Source: Amycolatopsis sp.
GTDB lineage: Bacteria; Actinomycetota; Actinomycetes; Mycobacteriales; Pseudonocardiaceae
Length of the DNA: 64,000 nucleotides
NCBI RefSeq assembly: GCF_025464955.1
Contig: NZ_JAODNM010000167.1
Location: 66,947-130,946, forward strand
Direction of reading: 5' to 3'
Part shown: positions 57,763 to 64,000 of the stretch, piece by piece
How positions within the stretch are numbered: the first letter of the stretch is position 1
Layout: each line of letters begins with the position of its first letter
Position numbers and translations under genes: made by a program
The notes under the pieces: model-generated
What the model was told of the DNA's origin: nothing
Database searches by the model: none
The model's input: only the letters and a program-made list of their open reading frames with translations

Positions 57763-59144
57763 CCAGTTTCATCGCCGTTCTCTACATCATCGCGTTCGCC
57801 CTGTTCATCTACGGCCTGATGGGGCTGACCGGTCCGCGCACCGCGGTCCGGGGCAACCTGATCGCCGCGGTCGGCATGGGCATCGCGGTGGTCGCGACCT
57901 TGCTGACCCCGGGCATGAGCAACTGGCTGCTCATCGCACTGGGCGTGGCGATCGGCGCCGCGGTCGGTGTACCGGCCGCGCGCAAGGTCAAGATGACCGC
58001 GATGCCGCAGATGGTCGCGTTGTTCAACGGCGTCGGCGGTGGTGCTGTCGCGCTCATCGCGTGGGTCGAATTCCGGACCTCGGACGGTTATGCAAACGAG
58101 CCGAAGTACGTCGCGATCGCTTCCCTGTTCGCCGCGATCATCGGCTCGATCTCGTTCTGGGGCTCGAATATCGCGTTCGGCAAGCTTCAGGAGCTCATCT
58201 CCGGCCGCCCGATCAGCCTGGGCGCGCTGCAGAAACCGCTCAACGCCGTCCTCCTGCTCATCGCGATCGCGTGTGCGGTGGCGATCGGTTTCGGCGCGGA
58301 CTCGCAGCTCCTGATCATCGGGCTCCTGGTGGCGGCGGCGATCCTCGGAATGACGGCGGTGCTGCCGATCGGCGGCGCGGACATGCCGGTCGTCATCTCG
58401 CTGCTCAACGCGCTCACCGGGTTGTCCGCGGCGGCGATGGGGCTGGCGCTGGAGAACAACGCGCTCATCGTGGCCGGCATGATCGTCGGCGCGTCGGGCT
58501 CGATCCTGACCAACCTGATGGCCAAGGCGATGAACCGGTCCATCCCGGCGATCGTGGCCGGCGGGTTCGGCGGCGGCTCGGCGGTGTCGGGCCCGAAGTC
58601 CGCCGAGGACAGGCCGATCCAGAGCACCAGCGCGGCCGACACCGCGATCCAGATGGCGTACGCGAGCAAGGTCGTGGTCGTGCCCGGGTACGGCATGGCC
58701 GTTGCGCAGGCTCAGCACGTGGTCCGGGAAATGGCCAAGCTGCTGGAGTCCAAGGGCATCGACGTCGCCTACGCGATCCACCCGGTGGCCGGCCGGATGC
58801 CCGGGCACATGAACGTTCTGCTCGCCGAGGCCGACGTGCCGTACGAGCAGCTCAAGGAGATGGACGAGATCAACTCCGAGTTCGCGCAGACCGACGTGGC
58901 ACTGGTCATTGGCGCGAACGACGTCACCAACCCGGCGGCGGAGACCGACCCGGGTTCGCCGATCTACGGGATGCCGATCCTCAAGGTGAACCACAGCCGG
59001 TCGGTGATCGTGCTCAAGCGGTCGATGAGCTCGGGCTTCGCCGGGATCGACAACGACCTGTTCTACGATCCGAAGACCAGCATGCTGTTCGGGGACGCGA
59101 AGTCCTCGGTCGGCTCGATCGTGGAGGAGCTCAAAGCGCTATGA
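57759..59144 (+). CDS. pntB: NAD(P) transhydrogenase beta subunit
   Basis: MTAMPQMVA, GGADMPVVISLLN, VPGYGMAVAQAQ, HPVAGRMPGHMNV, GANDV.NP. Confidence 0.96.
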   Translation: MTSFIAVLYIIAFALFIYGLMGLTGPRTAVRGNLIAAVGMGIAVVATLLTPGMSNWLLIALGVAIGAAVGVPAARKVKMTAMPQMVALFNGVGGGAVALIAWVEFRTSDGYANEPKYVAIASLFAAIIGSISFWGSNIAFGKLQELISGRPISLGALQKPLNAVLLLIAIACAVAIGFGADSQLLIIGLLVAAAILGMTAVLPIGGADMPVVISLLNALTGLSAAAMGLALENNALIVAGMIVGASGSILTNLMAKAMNRSIPAIVAGGFGGGSAVSGPKSAEDRPIQSTSAADTAIQMAYASKVVVVPGYGMAVAQAQHVVREMAKLLESKGIDVAYAIHPVAGRMPGHMNVLLAEADVPYEQLKEMDEINSEFAQTDVALVIGANDVTNPAAETDPGSPIYGMPILKVNHSRSVIVLKRSMSSGFAGIDNDLFYDPKTSMLFGDAKSSVGSIVEELKAL

Positions 59145-59866
59145 CGCGCATCAGCCGGATCCTCGGCGAGTCCGAGGATCCGGCTGAAAACCTGGCGCTC
59201 GACGAAGCGCTGCTGCGGGCCGAGCCCGATCGGCCGGTGGTGTGGTTGTGGCGCAACCCGGCCTGTGTCGTCGTCGGACGCGGCCAGCGGATCGCGCGCG
59301 AAGTCCGTGAGGACGCCTGCGTCCGCGACGGCATCCCGGTGCTGCGCCGGGCCAGTGGCGGTGGCACGGTGTTCCACGACCCCGGCAACCTCAACGTCAG
59401 TCTCATTTTGCCCGGCCCCGCGCCCCGGCCGCTCGAAGCTATCGGAGAGCTGATGAGCGCCGCCGTCGCCAAGCTCGGGCTACCGCCGCGGCTCGGTGAG
59501 CGCGGCCTGTTCATCGGGCAGGCGAAACTGTGCGGGTTCGCGGTGTTCCGTACCAGGACTGGTCTGCTTGCCCATTCGACGTTGCTCATCGGCACTCCGG
59601 CCGAGCGCGTCGGCGCGTACCTGACCTCGGCGCCGGCCGACCCCAAGCCACTCGACTCCCACCGCAGCCCGGTCGCCTCGCTGGCCGATCACGGTGTGCG
59701 CGCCGGCGTCGAGGAGGTCTCCGAAGCGGTGCTGAGCGCCGCGGCCGGCTTGTTCGGGGACCTCGAAACGAGGCCACCCGACTCGACCGAAGAGGACTGG
59801 CGGCGGAAACTGCTCGAATCCCGTTACCGGTACCCGGCCTGGCACACCGACGGCCGCCAGCGATAG
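59141..59866 (+). CDS. Lipoate-protein ligase family, catalytic domain only (241 aa)
   Basis: NLALDEAL, VVVGR.Q, RRASGGGTVFHD.GNLN, KLCG, HSTLL; ATGA overlap with pntB. Confidence 0.85.
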   Translation: MTRISRILGESEDPAENLALDEALLRAEPDRPVVWLWRNPACVVVGRGQRIAREVREDACVRDGIPVLRRASGGGTVFHDPGNLNVSLILPGPAPRPLEAIGELMSAAVAKLGLPPRLGERGLFIGQAKLCGFAVFRTRTGLLAHSTLLIGTPAERVGAYLTSAPADPKPLDSHRSPVASLADHGVRAGVEEVSEAVLSAAAGLFGDLETRPPDSTEEDWRRKLLESRYRYPAWHTDGRQR

Positions 59867-59871
59867 CCGTA

Positions 59872-60402
59872 TTACTGCGCCGCGGAGAAGGTGACCGGGG
59901 GAGCCTTGCGCACGGCGCGGCGGGTGGGTTTTTCCGGGGCGGCCTTGAGCGGCAGGGTTTTGGCTGGTGCGACGGTTTTCGGAGCCTGCTTGGCCGGCGC
60001 GGCCTTGGTCGCGGCCGCCTTCTTCGGCGCGGCTTTCACCGGAGCGGCCTTAACCGGGGCGGTCGCTTTCGCGGCGCGCGGCTTGGTGAGCGGCGCGGCC
60101 GCGATCTCCTTGACAGCGGTGGCTTTCTGGCCGGTCGCGCGCTTCGGGGCCGGTTCGGCCTTGGCTCGCGGCGTCTTTGCCCTGGCGGACTTGGGCTGGG
60201 CGATGATGCGCGGCGCGCGCTTGCGTCCACCGGTGCGGCGGCCGTGGGAGACAAAGGGATCGAGGATTTCCCGGAGCTCGGCGGCGTTCTCGGTCGACAG
60301 GTCGATGTCGTAGTCGACGCCGTAGAGCGAGAAAGCGATGGTCTCTCCGGCGGGCTCGCCGGTGATGTCGTCCAACAAGTGCACAGCCGTGTTCTGGGCC
60401 AC
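59872..60402 (-). CDS. Lsr2-family N-terminal domain fused to a Lys/Ala/Pro-rich histone-H1-like tail
   Basis: MAQ..V.LLDD..G..A.ETI.F...GVDYDIDLS.ENA..LR..L.PFV..GRR, then KAAP/PAK repeats; no REWA...RGR C-domain. Confidence 0.82.
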   Translation of the reverse strand: MAQNTAVHLLDDITGEPAGETIAFSLYGVDYDIDLSTENAAELREILDPFVSHGRRTGGRKRAPRIIAQPKSARAKTPRAKAEPAPKRATGQKATAVKEIAAAPLTKPRAAKATAPVKAAPVKAAPKKAAATKAAPAKQAPKTVAPAKTLPLKAAPEKPTRRAVRKAPPVTFSAAQ

Positions 60403-60542
60403 GAAAACTCCCCGTACTCGCTCGATGTCCAATGCGCGACCGGTACGGCGGCTTCTCATGTGCGCTGCCGCCGACTCGTCCGGGTCGGAAGTGAGGATAC
60501 CTTTGGGTTGCGCGCAGGCTCCCGCTGGTGTGCGCTGGTGCC

Positions 60543-61937
60543 ATGGCCGGAGAAACTTTTGATGTAGTGGTGATCGGCGCGGGTCCGGTCGGCGAGGTCG
60601 CGGCGGAACGCGCGGTGCGGGGCGGGCTGTCCGTGGCCCTTGTCGAGCACGAGCGGTTCGGCGGCGAATGCTCGTATTGGGCCTGCATCCCCAGTAAGGC
60701 CTTGCTGCGCCCGGGAAGCCTGCTGGCCGCGGCCAAGCGGGTCCCCGGGGTGCCGGTGGGGGACCGGATCGACCCGGAGGCGGTGTTCGCCCGCCGCGAC
60801 TGGTTCACGTCCAAAGGGGACGACAAGGGCCAGTACGACTGGGCGACTGGCGCGGGTATCGAGCCGATGCGGGGACACGCCCGCATCACCGGCGAGCGCG
60901 AGGTCACCCTCGAAGGCGGCCGGGTCCTGACCGCCCGGCGGGCCGTGGTCGTGTGCACCGGCAGCGTGCCGAGTGTGCCGCCGATCCCGGGCATCGGCGA
61001 CGTGCCGGTCTGGGGCTCGCGGGAGGCGACTTCGGCGAGTGAGGTGCCCGCGCGGCTCGGGGTGCTCGGCGGCGGGGTCGTCGGGGTGGAGATGGCCCAG
61101 GCTTATGCCAAGCTCGGCGCCGAGGTCCACTTGGTGATCACCGGCGACCGCCCGCTGCCGAAGCTGCCCGAATTCGCCGGAGATGCCGTCCTAGCCGGGC
61201 TGTGTGCCGACGGGGTCACCGTGCACACTAGGTCCGGGCTGGACCGGGTATCCGAAGTGGACGGTTCCGCCCGGCTCGAACTCAAGGGCGGCAAGACGGT
61301 CGACGTAGACAAGCTGCTTCTCGCCACCGGACGCCGGCCGGCGACGGCTGACGTCGGCCTGGACACGATCGGGCTTCAGGCCGGCGACCGGCTGACCGTC
61401 GACGACGTAGGCCGGGTGGCCGGTGTGGACGGTGGCTGGCTGTTCGCCGCCGGCGACGTCACCGGGCGCGCACCGGTTACCCACCAAGGGAAGTACGCGG
61501 CCCGCGCGGTCGGGGACGCGATCGCCGCCGAGGCGCGAGGTGACCAGGTCGACGGCGCGGCGTGGAGCCCGTACACCGCGACGGCCGATCGCCACGCCGT
61601 GCCACAGGTGGTGTTCACCGATCCCGAGGTCGCTTCGGTCGGCCTCGCCGGAGCTGTCGACGGCCAACCGCACCGCGTGGTCGATATCGACATCGCGGTC
61701 GCGGGTTCTTCGCTGCACGCCGACGGTTACCAGGGCAAGGCCCGAATCGTCGTCGACACCGAACGCGAAGTGCTGGTGGGAGCCACCTTCGCCGGTCAGG
61801 ATGTTGCGGAGCTGCTCCACGCGGCCACCATCGCGATCGTCGGCGAAGTCCCGCTGGGACGGCTCTGGCACGCCGTGCCCGCCTTCCCCACGATGAGCGA
61901 GGTGTGGCTCCGGCTGCTCGAGGCGTACGGCCTGTAG
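60543..61937 (+). CDS. Dihydrolipoamide dehydrogenase-like flavoprotein disulfide reductase
   Basis: DVVVIGAGP, GGECSYWACIPSK, GGGVVGVE, ATGRRP, AGDV, HAVPAFPT.SE. Confidence 0.9.
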   Translation: MAGETFDVVVIGAGPVGEVAAERAVRGGLSVALVEHERFGGECSYWACIPSKALLRPGSLLAAAKRVPGVPVGDRIDPEAVFARRDWFTSKGDDKGQYDWATGAGIEPMRGHARITGEREVTLEGGRVLTARRAVVVCTGSVPSVPPIPGIGDVPVWGSREATSASEVPARLGVLGGGVVGVEMAQAYAKLGAEVHLVITGDRPLPKLPEFAGDAVLAGLCADGVTVHTRSGLDRVSEVDGSARLELKGGKTVDVDKLLLATGRRPATADVGLDTIGLQAGDRLTVDDVGRVAGVDGGWLFAAGDVTGRAPVTHQGKYAARAVGDAIAAEARGDQVDGAAWSPYTATADRHAVPQVVFTDPEVASVGLAGAVDGQPHRVVDIDIAVAGSSLHADGYQGKARIVVDTEREVLVGATFAGQDVAELLHAATIAIVGEVPLGRLWHAVPAFPTMSEVWLRLLEAYGL

Positions 61938-61951
61938 CGCGCAGCTTTCGG

Positions 61952-63526
61952 CTACGCGGTGAGCTGGAGGTCCAGCGCTGCCTTCGCGGCGCGGACGAGC
62001 GCGGGGTCGTCCGGGGTCGACAGGCCCGGGTACCACGCGACCTCGACCAGGCGGACGGCGTTGCCGCTCAGCGAGCTGGCGTACGCGGCGCCGTCGAACT
62101 GGGGCGTGCCGCGCGGCCACTTGCCCGTTTCGCTCCCGACGTCGATGATCCCGCCGCCGCCGGGAGTGTCCGCGACGGCTCGGAAGTCGGTGGCCACCTT
62201 GGCATCGGTGAACGTGATGACGGCGACCGTCGCGGCGGCCGGCCTGCCGTCGACCAGTGCGGCGAAACTGCCGCGCGTGACCTCCGCGCAGCTCGTCCGC
62301 TGCAGGCTCGCCTGGACGTCGCCGAAACCGTGCGACGCGCACTTCTGGTCCGCGCTCGAGGCCTGAAGGGTGAACTGCGTGCCCTCGACCGGATGGCTGC
62401 TCGGCGTCGGGGCAGCGCTAGAGGCCGGCGCGGGCTTGGCGGTCGCTCCGGCCGTGGGGCTCTTGTCGCCACCGCTACTGGCCACCACCACGGCGGCCAC
62501 CAGGAGCACGACGAGCAGTCCGATGGCCCCGATCGGCAGCCAGCGGACCACGGGCGAACGCCGAGGGCGCGTGGGCGGGGCAGTCGGGGCGGGGGCGGGG
62601 GCGGGTACCGGGGCCCGGGGCGGCGGTGGAGCGGCTTGCGGGGGTACGGAGTGCGACATCGGCGGCGGTATCGGCGGCGGGGGTGCCATCGGCACCTGGC
62701 GCGGGGCAGGCGTCTGCGGTGCCGGCGGTGCTACTGGGGGAGCGGCGGGCGGTGCCACGGGCCCCGGGGGCGCGACCGGCGCGGGTGCCGGCGCGGCGGT
62801 GACGGGCGGAGCGGCCGGCGCCATGGTGGCCGTCGCCGTGGCACGTCCGGGGTGCTCGGCGGGGATCGTCGGCGCGAACGTGGCGAGGGCGCTCTCCTCG
62901 GCCACCGGGAGCACTTCCGGCGGGCTCGGGCTGAACCCCTCGGCCAGCAGCACGTCATCCGCCAGTTCCGGCATGTTCGGCGCCAGCAGCCGCAGTACGT
63001 TCCTGGCCTGGCGCACCGACCGCTGGTTCGGTGACGTCGCCAGTGAAGTGGTGGCGCCCAGCATGCTCGTCGGGGTCGGGTACACGACCCGGACGTTGCC
63101 GGTGAGGTCGGCTGGCGGCTGGTCGATGGTGTCGACGAACGGGCCCACCGCGACCACTGTCCCGACCTGCTCGCCGGCTTCCGCTTCGCGCACGTACGCG
63201 GCGACGGCGTCAGCGAGGGCGAGGGCGCCGGTCGCGGGGTTGACGGTCTCGTCGGCGTGGACGAGCGGCCAGCCGTCGGTCTTCCACTGCCCGTGCAGTG
63301 GGGCTTCCAGCAGCATCGACGGATCGGGCAGGTCGACGCCGATCACGACGAGGACACCGCGGGGCAGGACCACCGCGGCGTCGATGACCCGGTCGTCGCC
63401 GAAGGGCCTGGCCCCGATCAGCGCGATCCCGCCGATGACGTTGCCGCCCCTGCCGAGCGAAGCCAGTGCCGCGCGGATGTCCTCGGCCACCCTCGACGGC
63501 TGTTGACCCAGTCGTACGAGTCGCAC
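61952..63526 (-). CDS. Hypothetical: NERD-like N-domain, Pro-rich linker, TM helix, extracellular domain
   Basis: IDAAVVLPRGVLVV...W..DG...NP; long P/A linker; TM LPIGAIGLLVVLLVAAVVVA; C-domain with Cys pair (C..H.FG.V...C). Confidence 0.7.
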   Translation of the reverse strand: MRLVRLGQQPSRVAEDIRAALASLGRGGNVIGGIALIGARPFGDDRVIDAAVVLPRGVLVVIGVDLPDPSMLLEAPLHGQWKTDGWPLVHADETVNPATGALALADAVAAYVREAEAGEQVGTVVAVGPFVDTIDQPPADLTGNVRVVYPTPTSMLGATTSLATSPNQRSVRQARNVLRLLAPNMPELADDVLLAEGFSPSPPEVLPVAEESALATFAPTIPAEHPGRATATATMAPAAPPVTAAPAPAPVAPPGPVAPPAAPPVAPPAPQTPAPRQVPMAPPPPIPPPMSHSVPPQAAPPPPRAPVPAPAPAPTAPPTRPRRSPVVRWLPIGAIGLLVVLLVAAVVVASSGGDKSPTAGATAKPAPASSAAPTPSSHPVEGTQFTLQASSADQKCASHGFGDVQASLQRTSCAEVTRGSFAALVDGRPAAATVAVITFTDAKVATDFRAVADTPGGGGIIDVGSETGKWPRGTPQFDGAAYASSLSGNAVRLVEVAWYPGLSTPDDPALVRAAKAALDLQLTA

Positions 63527-63664
63527 CCCGCTGCCCTCCCCTGCTTGTTTCTGCTGTCAGGCGCCTTGAGGCTAGCGCGCGGCCCTGGTCCCGCCGCGGA
63601 GGACAGCCTCCCCTGACCGGGTGACCATCAGTGGGATGAGTATCTCCGCCGCCTGGTTCTCCAC

Positions 63665-63678
63665 GTGACCAAGGTCAC
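63665..63678. promoter_or_regulatory. CRP/GlxR-like site
   Basis: GTGA-CCAAGG-TCAC (GTGA-N6-TCAC) in a long divergent intergenic region. Confidence 0.45.
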
Positions 63679-63976
63679 TGGCCGATGGCGGCCTGGTGGC
63701 AACGTACACACGACTGAAGCGTCTATCTGGCCATGATGGTTACGCTCGGTGCGCGTTCGAGGCGTAAGAGTGAGAGGTGGGCGTGCAGATGACGTACGGC
63801 GTATGCACGGTCACATTCACTGATTCTTCACTGAGACTTATGGGGTTCGTGTGGCCAAAGTGCATGGTTCGGGTGCACACTGTGCTGACCGCGTCCCGGA
63901 CGCGCCACGAATGCAGCAACCGAAACTCGCGAGGTCGTAGGGGAAGACGCCCCTCGTCGAGTAGCGGAGGTCAGCA

Positions 63977-64000
63977 GTGAGCACCCGTGGCAACACCCGT
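63977..64000 (+). CDS. Probable start of next CDS (MSTRGNTR...), truncated
   Basis: GGAGG at 63966-63970, 6 nt before GTG. Confidence 0.4.

Noticed and set aside
57749-59140. 705-aa version of the lipoate ligase; likewise the 606-aa AraC and 621-aa Dxr ORFs
   Set aside because: Extensions overlap upstream genes in other frames; homology begins at the later starts

Overview
This is high-GC actinobacterial chromosome, most like Amycolatopsis/Pseudonocardiaceae, with about 58 CDS. I found no rRNA, tRNA, CRISPR array, transposase or prophage genes. The middle and right follow the conserved core order dxr-rseP/rip1-ispG-GNAT-PBP-map...mtr...proS, with bioF, a DEAD-box helicase, a RIO kinase, yaaA, a DesA3-type desaturase module and pntAB. 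The first ~20 kb is accessory: an FAD-oxidoreductase/TTC38 fusion, a frameshifted amidase with its TetR, an aldehyde dehydrogenase-GMC operon, a large SARP/STAND regulator and a MocR-DsbA-MFS module. Five things stand out. (1) A modular family of REP/BIME-like palindromic mosaics occupies five convergent intergenic gaps plus one tandem gap. (2) Two translation-related genes (RIO kinase and a SAM methyltransferase) have putative uORF/attenuator leaders, and WhiB7/WblC-like promoters precede the RIO kinase and a GNAT. (3) An Lsr2 N-terminal domain is fused to a histone-H1-like tail in place of the usual DNA-binding domain. (4) There is a degenerate NERD-like transmembrane protein. (5) A small relic of a deleted VOC gene overlaps a promoter. 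All calls come from reading motifs by eye; no database searches were run.
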